Notes: a model not told the origin generated them from the sequence alone. A stretch of DNA of 64,000 nucleotides from Octopus sinensis (GCF_006345805.1 NC_043010.1:50964001-51028000), one strand, 5' to 3'. Shown: positions 1 through 12,480, counted from the stretch's first letter. Numbers and translations are program-made.

Positions 1-220
1 TACTTATGTGTGAGCATGTCTGAACATATTTGTACAGCTTTTCATCTTTTCTTTGTCTCTTGGGGTTTTTTTTTTTTTGGTGTAAATGATTGGTTTCTGC
101 ATATAACAAGTGGCTCATCTAAAATATCCTCATCAACATCACCATCATCATGAACATCACTACCACCATTATCAATGTCAGTTTACCAATCCACTTTTCC
201 ATGCTTGCACGAGGCAGATG

Positions 221-570
221 AAGGGCACATGGCTCAGTGGTTAGAACACCAGGTTCACAATCATGAGTAATGGGTTCAATTCTCAAACCGGGCTGTGTTG
301 TGTTCTTGAGTAAGACACTTTATTTCACATTGTTCCAGTTCACTCATCTATAGAAATGAGTTGTGACATCACTGGTGCCAAGCTGTATTGGATAACATCA
401 ATGGTGTGGTGGTGCCAAACTGTATTGGATAACATCAATGGTGTGAAGAGAGGCTGGTATGCATGGGTAACTGCTGGTCTTCCATAAACAACCTCGCCTG
501 GACCTGTGCCATAGAGGGTAACTTTCTAGGTGTAATACCATAGTCATTCATGACCAAAGGGGTCTTTTAT
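221..570 (+). mobile_element. tRNA-derived SINE (family 3, CORE-like centre)
   Basis: Head ggcacatggctcagtggttaga...gggttcaattct (A/B boxes), then ttcttgagtaagacact; similar copies at 6757-7090 and 34260-34580. Confidence 0.75.
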
Positions 571-2267
571 CCTACTCTACAACCAAATTCCCTTTTGTCT
601 TGCTAACCTTCACCTGTTTCCAAGTAAGGCAATAATTCCCCCAAGGCAAGACATGTTTCTTATGGAAAGCTGGAAACGAACAACCTTGCTTGTATGATCA
701 CATGGTGTGTTGACAAGAGTAAGGGTACACACAAACAAACACGCAGACAACAGGCTTCCTTCAGTTGCTGATAACAAATTCACTTACAAGGCTTTGGTTG
801 GCCTTGCACTTGTCCAAGGTGCTGCACAGTGGGACTGAACCCAAGACTACATGATTGGGAAGCAAGCTTCTTAATCACACATGCCTGTGCATTACTACAC
901 ACACACACATGTGCACACATGCAGACACAGGCATGCACACACTGATGGCAAGCTTCCTTCAGTTTCTTATTTTTTTAATAATTATTTTTAAAAAATTTTT
1001 TATAGCCCACAAGGGGTTAAATATAGAGGGGACAAACAAGGACAGACAAATGGATTAAGTTGATTACATCGACCCCAGTGCATAACTGGTACTTAATTTA
1101 TCGACCCCGAAAGGATGAAAGGCAAAGTCGACCTCAGCAGAATTTGAACTCACAACACAGCTGTGAACAAAATACCACAAAGTATTTCACCTGGCATGCT
1201 AACATTTCTGCCAGCTCTGTCTACCAAATCCATTCACAAGCTTTATCCAGTCCAGAGCTATAGTAGAAGACATTTACCTCAGGTGCTACACAGCCACACC
1301 TGCACCTATCATGTATGTTAAATGTCAGTCATTTTGTTATGGTGATTGCTTCAATGGTGGTCCAATCTTGTAGTTTGCGCTGAAGTGAAGTGTCAGAATG
1401 GCTTTTACACAAATTGGCCTGTGCTCTCAAACTTTTGGGGAGAACCTGGCCTTGAGGATTGTACTTCTTTGGATAAAACGTTTGGTAGAGCATTTTGCTT
1501 TCTATTCTGTATTTGGTTTTATTTTGGAAACACTGCTCCACAGAAACCTGAATGCCATCTTTGTGATTGCTGCTGTCATTATCACAAATAATTGACTCAC
1601 CTACATTACCATCAAACCAACACAATTTATCATTACAATCACCTTATCAGTACTACCATCACAACATCAATATCACAGGTATCACCATTATCATCATCAT
1701 TGCTCTTACCATCATCATCATAATCATTGTTGTAATTACCAACACCACCACCACCATCATTGTCATCTCATTTCAATGCCTGTTCCTTGAAGTTTACACA
1801 CTTTAAACAAGTACGGTCACCTTAGCAACAGTGGTATGGAGATGGCGACCTGTTAAGTATATAGAGCTTTACAAGTGTAGCTTTATGTGAGATAGATATC
1901 TTTTCTCTTGTCCAGGTACTGAGAAAAAGAGAGTGTATGGGGCGGGGGGTGAGACAGAGAGAATGATAAGAGAAAATGTTACTAAGGGAGTTGAGAACAT
2001 TAGGAGAGCAGGTGAGGTGGAGAGTAAAGAGGGAGGGAAGGAAGGGTTTAGAAATACTGACAGCAACCATTTCCTACTGAAAAAGCATTTGCCAATCAGT
2101 CCAAGACAGTTGCATTAAGAATTGTAATTTATTTTCTTATTCTTTGGCTAATGGTTCTGCTTTCTACTTGAATTAGTGACCAAGCCTATCTGGTGGTCAA
2201 ACAGGCAACAAAGAAAGCAACAATGCTACTCATTGTAAATGTCGAAATATATTCTAATAACTGCGTA

Positions 2268-2590
2268 CACATGTGGCTTAGTGGTAAGGGTACTTGGCTC
2301 ATGATCATAAAGCCGGGAGTTCAATTCCCAGTAGTGCATTGTGTTCTTCAGCAAAACACTACATTTCATGCTACTCCAGTTCAGTTTGCTGGTAAAAATG
2401 AGTGGTATCTGTATTTCAAAAGGCCAGCCTTGTTACAATCTGTATCATGCTGGATCTCCTTAATAACTACATTAAGGGTGTACACAGGTCTGTGGAGTGC
2501 TCAGCCACTTGCACCTTTAATTTCATGAACAGGCTGTTCCATTGATTATATCAACTAGAACTTTCATCATCGTAACTGACAGGGTGCCAA
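2268..2590 (+). mobile_element. tRNA-derived SINE (family 5)
   Basis: tggcttagtggtaaggg...ggagttcaattccc head; body shared in reverse with 51505-51800 and 56515-56845. Confidence 0.7.
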
Positions 2591-2685
2591 TAATTCTAAC
2601 AACTACCACACAGAAATAGACACACACATGAGTCAATAAAGGAATATTTATATGGGAAGGACACACTAGATAACATATTCTTCTA

Positions 2686-3251
2686 TTGGGTTGTCTGGAA
2701 AGTTTGTGCTGATTTTTAAAGGAAAGAAAAAGGTCAATAACTACTTGCCATTACATTTTTAATCAATCAAATATGAACCATTTTGTTGCACAATGCATCT
2801 CTATATTTCCTTTAACTTCAAAATACCCTCTTCCCAGAATTGAGGTGGTTTCATAGCAAAGAATTCATCAAGGTATCTTTTTACGTCATCCAAGGAATTG
2901 AAATTTTTACCATTAAGACTATTCTGCAGAGACCTGAATAAGTGGAAATCCGAAGGAGCAATATCTGGTGAATATGGAGGGTGGGGTAACACATCCCAGC
3001 CGAGCTGCAGCAATTTTTGTCTGGTTCCCAAATCATAAAGTGCTGAAAATGAACTTCTTTATCTTCCATTTTAAAGGGTTACAGAATTAACACAGGTTAT
3101 AGGAACATAAACCTTCTTCCACGAAAAGATAGCTTAAACTGTGCTCTAAATGGAGGTGTAGTCAAATCCTATTTTATGGACTCCACCATGTTCTAAAATA
3201 AGTCGAAAGGTAAGCTACTATAAATCGGCACAAACTTTCCGGACAACTCAA
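2686..3251 (-). mobile_element. Internally deleted mariner (non-autonomous) element
   Basis: About 30-bp TIRs (ttgggttgtctggaaagtttgtgctgattt / aaatcggcacaaactttccggacaactcaa), TA flanks, transposase remnant LPHPPYSPDIAPSDFHLFRSL. Confidence 0.9.
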
Positions 3252-5260
3252 TACATCACTTTAAAATGAGATGGTTGTGTCTAGAATACTTTAGATCGTC
3301 GGTATCTTTATTGTACATCCATCAGTTGACTTGATATCAAGCATATTTGAGCTCACCTGTATCATATTAAATTAGTAGAGGACAAATACAGTATGGGTTA
3401 TGAATAAATAAATATACAGACCTATGTCTGTATGTATCTAGTTTTGCTTTGAAATTTAGTTCTCAGGAGGATAATTTTAATACCTTGGGATAAAGATCAA
3501 ACTCGGTGCCTTCCTTGTTATTTTATAATTCATCAAAATCTCCTTACCTCTCTCTATCTTCAAGCAGATCTTCATGAATTATAAATTAACAATGAAACCA
3601 GTTAGTTTAATCTTTTGTCCCAAGTTGTCAAAAAGTCTCCATTGAGACCTATTTTCACAGCATGACTGAATATATAGAGACAAGTTCTATACTTATTTAT
3701 TAACCACATTTTTTCTCTGGTGATGGGATGGTTTGAGGTAAAGTTATCATAATTTTCTCTCTCTTTCTCTCTCTCTCTCTGAGACATTAGATGCCACACA
3801 CACACACAAATATGTGTGTGTGTGTTTAATAGCTAATGTCAGTGAGAGGTAAAGTGACAGAAGAAAGCCAACACTACCTCTCTGAGGTGCTAACTATCAA
3901 GTGTACTTTTATATACTCATTTTATATACTCATTTTAATGTCCTCTTTTCTATGCTTGCAAGGGTATTGCAGATTGAATTTGTTGAGGTGGATTTTATAT
4001 GGTTGGATGCCCCCCACCGTTACCAAAACCCACCTGTTTTCAAGTAAGGTGATATTTCCCAACAACCAGATGTGTTTTCACACATTGGAAATGAAAGTCA
4101 CTGCCTACATGATGCTAATATACATTTACAACTATCAAGTAATACCGAGGCAAAGAAAGAGTAAGACACACACACAAAACACACAAAATCATACACACAC
4201 ACACAAAAAAAAAACACAAACACACACAAAACACACACACACATACATACACACACACAAACACACACACACTGGATGGACTTCTTTCATTTTCCACCTA
4301 CCAAATCCACTCACAATGCTTCCGTTGACCTGGAGCTTTAAAAGACACTTATCCAAGACACCACACAGTGGGATTGAACCCAATACCATGTGGCTGGGAA
4401 GCAAACTTCTTAACCACACAGCTATGCCTGTTCCTGTGCTGACATATATGTATAAATAATTCAAAAGTGGAATAAATTGGTTTGACATGAGGAAGCAGAA
4501 GAAGAGAAAAAAACAAAAACATTTTAGATAGTTCTCTTCACTGCGTGTGTCTAGTACTTCCCTTCACTACTTACATCTCACCACATCTGTGATAAGTCAA
4601 ATCTTTACACGTGGTTCACACATGCGCTCAGTCACATGTATGACACTGTACATGTGGCTGTCTGCTTGATAGCTTATGTCACATGCAACTTAGTACTCCC
4701 ACATGATATTAACGCAAATGAAATGCTCACCCAAAAACTACCTTTATATATTAAAACGTAAGTAGATCGACCCACAAGGGATTTCGTTTATATGATCTTA
4801 CTCTCCCAGACACAAAAAGGTGTATGTGTGTGTGTGTGTGTGTGTGTAGGAGGAGGAGACTCTGTTAGACGTGGTCTATCTTTTGACCTTTGTAGATCTA
4901 TGTCTAAGTGGCAGTAAGTAGCGAGCAGTCATGTGACTGACATCATACTTAACTTAGTCTCATTTGCTAATAATAGAAATGTAAAACTTTCGAAACTAAC
5001 CTCACGTCTTTTGCCTTTTACCGGTTTGAGTCATTGGACTGCACCCATTGAAAGGTTTGCTTGAAAGAATCAATCCCAGTATTGATTTATCAATGTTTTT
5101 TGCTGAACCACTGGATTACAGGGGTGCAAAGAAGTCAACACTGCTTGTCAAGCAAGGGTGGGGGACAAAAACATACACATGATATATATGCTTATAAAGG
5201 CAGTGAGCTGGCAGAATCATTAGCAATGCCAGGTGAAATGCTTAGCGGCATTCAAATTCG

Positions 5261-5495
5261 GCTGAGGCTGACTTTGCCATTCGTTGTTTCGAGGTTGATA
5301 AAATAAGTACCAGTTGAACATTAGGGCCGATACAATAGATTTATATATATATATAATGTGTTTGAGTGTGTTTCAGATTTTTGTACAAAGCTAGCAGGTT
5401 TGTGAGAGGGATCAAATCTATTGTATCGGCCCTAATGTTCAACTGGTACTTATTTTATCAACCTCGAAACAATGAATGGCAAAGTCAGCCTCAGC
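5261..5495. repeat. Near-perfect inverted duplication (82-bp arms, 71-bp spacer) of a SINE fragment
   Basis: 5261-5342 is the reverse complement of 5414-5495 with one visible mismatch. Confidence 0.9.
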
Positions 5496-5538
5496 TACAT
5501 TGATAAAGGGCAAATACCCTGAAACGCGTCTGTAGCTG
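5492..5538 (+). ncRNA. Minimal type-I hammerhead ribozyme-like motif (U3-A8 core variant)
   Basis: cagctaca-TTGATAA-aggg(caaata)ccct-GAAA-cgcg-TC-tgtagctg: 8-bp stem I, 4-bp stem II, palindromic ACGCGT stem III, GUC cleavage triplet. Confidence 0.7.
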
Positions 5539-5756
5539 TCTGACTGGCAGTGTGAAGCGGCTGACCTCCCTTGTTCGAAGGTTATAATGGACACAGTTTG
5601 TGTGTCAAATAGCTAGCTTAAGGCGATGGCCTCATGGAGCTAATCAGCGACAGCTTTAGTCTTATATCTATAACACTGCCATATTAATATGGCGATAACA
5701 ATTAATTTCCAGTAACGCTGCCGTAATCTCTTGTATATGGCGAAAGAGTCAGCAGA

Positions 5757-6012
5757 AATTCACCATTACCTTCTGCTGGAGCCGCGTGGAGCTTAGGTGT
5801 TTCGCTCATAAACACACACATCGCCTGGTCTGAGATTCGAACCTGCGATCCCTCGACCGTGAGTCCACTGCTCTAACCACTAGACCACTCTTTCCTCCTG
5901 CAACTTGCAGCTCAACTGCGAAGGATCGGCGTCCCATCCAGGTGGGGAACCTACACGCAAAGGAAACCGGAAAACTGGCCCTTATGAGCCAGGCGTAGCT
6001 CAAGAAAGAACA

Positions 6013-6015
<3 letters not shown>
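5757..6015 (+). mobile_element. V-domain-like SINE with its 5' half inverted
   Basis: Compared with copies at 17965-18267 and 37039-37326, the tRNA head (5757-5886) is on the minus strand and the 3' half (5888-6015) is on the plus strand. Confidence 0.75.
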
Positions 6016-6055
<40 letters not shown>

Positions 6056-6756
6056 AAGGTTTCAGACATTGACCCCAATGTTCTACAATGAGCTTTTTTC
6101 AGTTTCCATCTACCAAAACCATACACAAGGTTTTGGTCGGCCTGAAGCTATAGTAGAAGACACTTGCTCAAGACGCCACACAGTGTGACTGAGCCCAACA
6201 CCATGTGGTTGGGAATCAAGCTTCTTACCACACAACCACATGGCAAAACAAAAAAAAAAAACATGTAATAACCCACATGGTACTTGGTAATAAGATCACT
6301 TTTCTCATTTCATGCTCAAATTAAAAAACAACAACAACAGTAAAGTCGAGTTTTAATTACATCGCTGCAATGCAGCCTATCTTTTGACCTTTATATCACT
6401 AAGGTGTTTGTATATACACAAGCATATGACATAACCATTGTTAAAAATGTAACCAAGGTTACATGAAATGATGTTTTCAGTAGAGGAAAGGGGGTCATAT
6501 TTTTTGATCTTTTATTTGTCCCATTCATTGATCTTTGGCCATGCTGGTGTACTACATTGAAGTGTTGGTCAAACAAATTGACCCCAGTACTTATATCTTC
6601 TTTAAGGCTGGTTCTTATTCTTACAGCTGTTTTTTTTTTTTGCCAAACCACTAAGTTACGTGAATGTAAACAAACCAACACTGGTTGTGAATCAGTGGTG
6701 GGGGATAAACACAAAGACACACACACATACACATACATAATTAAGTGTGTGTGTGT

Positions 6757-7090
6757 GAAGGCACATGGCTTAGTGGTTAGAGCATCAGATTCACAATCAT
6801 GAAGTAGTGAGTTTGGTCCCCGGACTGAGTTGTGTTGGGTTCTTGAGCAAGACACTTTATTTCATGTTGTTCCCATTCACTCAGCTGTAGAAATGAATTG
6901 CAACGTCACTGATGCCAAGCTGTATCAGCCTTTGCCATTCCTTTGGATAACATTGGTGGCGTGGAGAGGGGAGGCTGGTATACATGGATGACTGGTGTTC
7001 TTCCTTAAACAACCTTACCCAAACTTATGCCTCAGAGGGAAATTTTCTAGGTGCAACCCCATGGTCATTCATGACCAAAGGAGGTCTTCA
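6757..7090 (+). mobile_element. tRNA-derived SINE (family 3)
   Basis: Colinear with 221-570. Confidence 0.75.
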
Positions 7091-8132
7091 TGCTTTTAAT
7101 ATGTGTGTGTGTGTGTGGCTATGTGGTAAGTAGTTTGGTTCCCAGCCATATGGTCCTGGGCTCAATTCCACTGTATGGTACCTTGGGCGAGTGCCTTCTA
7201 TTACAGCTTTGCGAGTGGGTTTGGTAAACAGAAACTGTGAGAAATCTGAAGTCCATTGTGTGTGTGTGTGTGAGACTGTATGTGTGTGTGCGTATGTAAT
7301 CATGTGTTACTATTTTCATTCCTTGACATTTTGTGATAGTTACAAGAGTTGCGAGTTGTCTCTATACAATTGTGGTGGTGGTGGTGGTGGAGGGGTCATT
7401 TATTTCTGTCTTCTGAGTTTGGTCATGGTGAAATACTGATTTCAAATATTGATTTTGGCACAAGGCCAGCAATTTCAGGGAGAGGGTAAGTTGATTACAT
7501 CAACCCAAGTGCTCAACTGGTATTTATTTAGTTTATCAACTCCGAGCGGATGAAAGGTAAAGCTGACCTTGGTAGAATTTGATCTGAGAATGTGAAGACA
7601 AATGAAATGCTGCTTAGCATTTTGCCAGGTGTGCCAATGGCTCTGAAAGCTCACCACCTGAAATATTACCTTGCATACAGATGAAGGTTTGCGATACAAA
7701 AGGCAGCAAGCATGAATTGGTGGATGCTAAATGATGGTGATGATGATGAATGCATCAAGACCCAGGTTGTCCAATGTATTCATTTCCAAATCAACAGAGC
7801 ATGATTCGAAGATTTAGCTGCTATTTCTAGCAGGTTGAGCAAGTATGTCAAGAGAGGCTCTTTCCTTTTGAATTTAATGAAAATGAACACAATTGAATGT
7901 AGCGTTTCCCATACAAATTTCTGTCTGTCCTCGTTACTAATGGATTATAAACCATTGTGTTAATTACTATTAGAGCTCTTTTCAATGAGAATCATTAATT
8001 ACCAGTTTTATTTTATTTTATTTATATATTAATTTTTATTGCTTCCCATTCATTTTCCATTTCCTTTTATGTTGGTAACCCAATAGCTAGGATGGTTTGT
8101 CTTATTTTTTCCTCTCGTCTTGTTTTGTTTAG

Positions 8133-8285
8133 CAGTGGAGCAATTGTTTTCACAGCTATATGGAATTGCTTCTTCCCAATTAACCACTACAGAAGTACTG
8201 AAGTGGACAGAACCAGTTCTGTTGAATCAAATGGTACAACTCAAACACGAAATGTTGTTCGCTGTTTACCTGGTTGTCAGACCAG
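8133..8285 (+). CDS. Candidate exon of an unidentified plus-strand gene
   Basis: Long polypyrimidine tract plus AG at 8131-8132, unique sequence open in two frames (e.g. AVEQLFSQLYGIASSQLTTTEVLKWTEPVLLNQM...), weak donors at 8234 and 8286. No recognisable homology. Confidence 0.3.
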
Positions 8286-8627
8286 GTAGATATAGGCATT
8301 GAATTCAGATAGAATAAAAGATCCATTAATGAGAAAATATTTCTATTGTTTTACATATGTTTCGTTTTTAACCTGTTGTTTATCTCAGTCATCATTCGAG
8401 TGGCATCATCACCATCGACATCATTGTCTTCCATGCTAGCATGGGCCAGATGGAATTTACTGAAGCAGATTTTGTTCGACTTGACAACTTTGCCATTGTC
8501 AACCCTCACCTGATTCCAAGTAAGGTAATATTTCCCCGTCACCAGATGTTTTGACTAAAGACTGACAGTGAATGACACTCCTGGCATGATGGTGACACTC
8601 ATTCACAACAATCACATGGTGTCAAGA

Positions 8628-8674
<47 letters not shown>

Positions 8675-9429
8675 GAGGAATTACAACCGTGTTTCGTGGT
8701 CTGCTACCACAACAGCTCCTTTATAGGATCCAGTTAGCTCAAGACATCATCAGGAGGAACCACGTCCGGTTTCGGCCCCTACTCCTCTACCGTTTTGACG
8801 TGGCGGGGGCCCCCTTTTGGAGGTGTCTTCAGCTCTGGTGTTGGGTGCATGTCTTCTTCCTTCTGTTCCCTAGCCTCTTCGATGTATCGTCAGCAAGTAT
8901 CAGCCAGTGACTGACTGTCTTATCAAATTTCTCCCTTTAAATATCTGCCGCATAGGGGACTTCTTACAGTTTCCATCTCCCAAATTCATTCAGATAATTT
9001 TGGTTGAATCTGAGCCAGAAAAGATATTTGCCCAAGGTGCCACGCAGTGGGATTGAACCCAAAACCATGTTGTTGGGAAGCAAACTTCTCATAGCCACAC
9101 CTGCATCTAACTCCTTTCCATTTGTTGTTTATTCCAGTCATTATTCAAGACATTTATAATAAAAAAAATATTCTGGCCATGACCGTGATTGAATTTGGTT
9201 AGCAGACAGAAACTATGCTGAAGCCCATTATATACATATATATGTATATGTCTATCTCTCACACACTGCAATTGACAACCAGTGTTTGTTTATGTTCCCC
9301 ATAGCGGTTTGGCAAAAGATTTTCCAAGAATAAGAATAAGGCTGGTTTGCTGGCGTAACCGGTAACACAGATGTGTTAACAAAGGGATGTGGGTTCAAGT
9401 CCCACGAGTACAGGAAAGTCTACATTTTA

Positions 9430-9830
9430 AGCGCAGGAGTGGCTGTGTGGTAAGTAGTTTGTTTACCAGCCACATGGTTCTGGGTTCAGTCCCACTGCAT
9501 GGCACCTTGGGCAACTGTCTTCTACTACAGCCTTGGGCCGACCAAAGCCTTGTGAGTGGATTTGGTAGACGGAAACTGAAAGAAGCCCGTTGTATATATG
9601 GATATATATATGTGTGTGTGTGTGTGTTTGTGCCCCCAACATCGCTTGACAACCGAAGCTGGTGTGTTTATGTCCCCCGTAACCTAGCAGTTCGGCAAAA
9701 GAGACCGATAGAATAAGTACTAGGCTTACAAAGAATAAGTCCTGGGGTCAATTTGCTCGACTAAAAGCGGTGCTCTAGCATGGCCGCAGTCAAATGACTG
9801 AAACAAGTAAAAAAGTAAGAGAGAAAGAGC
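9430..9830 (+). mobile_element. tRNA-derived SINE family 1 (CORE-like, internal (TA)n(TG)n), full length
   Basis: gcgcaggagtggctgtgtggtaag...gggttcagtcccactg...ccttgggcaa...cagtcaaatgactgaaacaag; the most abundant repeat in the window. Confidence 0.85.
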
Positions 9831-11129
9831 AAACCCAAAAAGCAAAACAAAAAAAGTACTAGAACTGATTTGTGTGACTAAAACCCTTCAAGAGAGTGCT
9901 CCAGTATGGCCATAGTCCAATGTCTGAGAGGAGTAAAAGACAAAAGGTAAAACATACAAATAATTATGTAAAATCTCAAACAGGATTGTTTTCCACCCCA
10001 CCAGATACACACTCCATTCAGAAAGAAAGACTTCAGTATTTTAGTCATCAATTGGCTGCTTTGTAACTGGAAATGACTCACAACAACAGCTATGACCATT
10101 ACTTAATGTTGACCATTACTTAGTAGGAGCTCTGTGATTCAGTACTTGAAATTCAAATAAATAAATTAATAAAATTTTAAAAAATAAAAACCTTATCTAC
10201 AGATACTAGCATGGCTGTGTGGTAAGAAATTTGCTTCCCAACCACATGGTTCCAGGTTCAGTCCAGTCCCACTGCATGGCACCTTGGGCAAGTGTACTTA
10301 TAGCTTCAGGCTGACCAAAGCCTTCTGAGTGGATTTGGTAGATGGAAACTGAAAGAAGCCCATTGTTGTATGTCTTGTACTCTGTATTTTCGTTGTTTGA
10401 AATAAAGTTTGTTTCTATGTTTTTGTTTTTATGTTTTCGTTTCTCATTGTGTTCCACGTTTTTTTGATGTCCTGTACCCATATATGCATGTTTATATACA
10501 TATATATGTAGGTATGTATATATGCATATATTTATATATTATTTATATTATTATATGATCGAACACCACGCATTCTTTTCCAAGTAAGTTTTATCTATCT
10601 ACATACATACATACATACATACATACATGTATGTATGTATGTATATGCCTATGTGTGCATGTCTTTGTATCTGTGTTTGTCCTCTCCACCACTGCTTGAC
10701 AACCAGTACCAGTGTGCTTATGTGACTGTAACTTAACAGTTCGGCAAACAAGACTGATAGAATAAGTACCAAGCTTTAAAAAAATAAGTCCTGATGTTGA
10801 TCTGTTGATGGACTAAAACCCTTCGAGACAGTGAGTTACTCCAGCATGGTCGCGATCAAATGACTGAAACAAATAAAAGATAAAGGATATTGCTAATAGG
10901 TACAGGTATGACTGTGTGGTCAAGAAGCTTGCTTCCCAACCATGTGGTCTTGAGTTCAGTTTTGACTTGGGTCTTCTACAATGGCCCTCGGCTCACCAAA
11001 AGCCTTGTGACTGAATTTGGTAGAAATCTATCACGTGTTGCATCCATGTGTGCACGAGTGCACACACACACACACACACAATATACACACATTTATAATA
11101 TACATCTATAATATATATGCACATATTTA

Positions 11130-11549
11130 GGATCTTTTCAGTTTGAACGGCAGTTTTTTCTAGCGGTGTCATATGAAATTGTCACCCATAATTATGACCC
11201 TAGTATCGATCTATTGCTTTTCAATCTGTTTTAGGGTTAGGGTTAGTTACAGGTGGGGGGAAGGGTATCTTTTTTTCTTCACAAATGTAAATAAACCCAA
11301 TCTGTTTCTTAAACGAGGGACATATTCATACAGCACAGAATGTTTTCACCTCAAATAGACATCATTGATTGGTTGAAATTGCAGAAATTGAAGAAAAAAA
11401 CAACAAACATCTTACAAACTATAGAATTTTCTCAATAAAGCCAAGAGAAAAAGATGTTTTATAAACACATTCTACCGGTATACAAAGTCTAAAATTTTTT
11501 AGTTACCTAGAAATTATATTAAAAACTGCCATTCAAACTGAAAAGATCC
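11130..11549. mobile_element. MITE with GGATC termini and 8-bp TSD (Merlin-like)
   Basis: TIR ggatcttttcagtttgaacggcagttttt / aaaaactgccattcaaactgaaaagatcc; TSD CATATTTA on both sides; internal TTAGGG units. Confidence 0.85.
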
Positions 11550-12424
11550 CATATTTATAATATACACCTCCAATATACATACTCATATTTATAATATACA
11601 TATAATATATATATATACACACAGAATATACATATATGATATCCTCATCATCATTTAACATTCGTTTTTCATGTCAGTATCTGTGTTTGTTCCCACCACC
11701 ATCGCTTGACAACCGATGCTGGTGTGTTTACATCCCCATAACTTAGCAGTTTTGGCAAAAGAAACTGATAGAATAAGTACTAGGCTTACAAAAAAATAAG
11801 ACCTGGGGTCAATTTCTCCAAGGAAAAAAACAAAAACGTTTTAAAGCAGTGCTCCAGCATGGGCACAGTCAAATGACTGAAGCAAGTTTCAGAATAAAAG
11901 AATATTATCCAGGATGCATTGTGCCTGATAGATGAAAAAAAAAAAAAAAAAAAAAAAACCAATGTTCATTAGATGAATGATTTTAATCCAATCAAGGTTA
12001 CCCAGATTCCAAACAATAATAACAAGAGCAGCCAGAATAATAAACATACAAGAAATTTTCTTCTCTACCAATTTGCCCTTTGCAACTCGCAAAATTGCAG
12101 GGGGGCGGGGTGGTTGGGTGGGTGGAACGTTAAGCAAAAAAAAAAAATAAATAATGATAATAATAATTTAACGTAATTTTCCATCAAAATTTGTTATTTT
12201 GTGATTTCCACTCCATGAGCTCGCAGAAACCAATCCTAGCGAGTTAGCATCCTTTGATCGATATAAACTGAACTATAAATTCTTGTTTATTCCTAGCCCT
12301 CTCTCTTATTTGCCCAAGTTGTTCAGTCTGTGGCTATTTATAAAGGAAAAGTCGAAGCACTTTTATAAATATCATTAATCATTAATTTATTCAATCAAGC
12401 CTAAATTTATACACCTGATTAATA

Positions 12425-12449
12425 TACACACATAAACACACACACACAT

Positions 12450-12480
<31 letters not shown>

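Noticed and set aside
3548-3665. Minus-strand acceptor/donor pair
   Set aside because: Stop codons in all three frames.
3836-4459. 207-aa ORF
   Set aside because: Runs through an RTE-tail fragment, CA repeats and a SINE; no coherent protein.
9430-9505. tRNA gene-like A/B boxes here and at other SINE heads
   Set aside because: They continue into SINE bodies and I could not fold complete cloverleaves.
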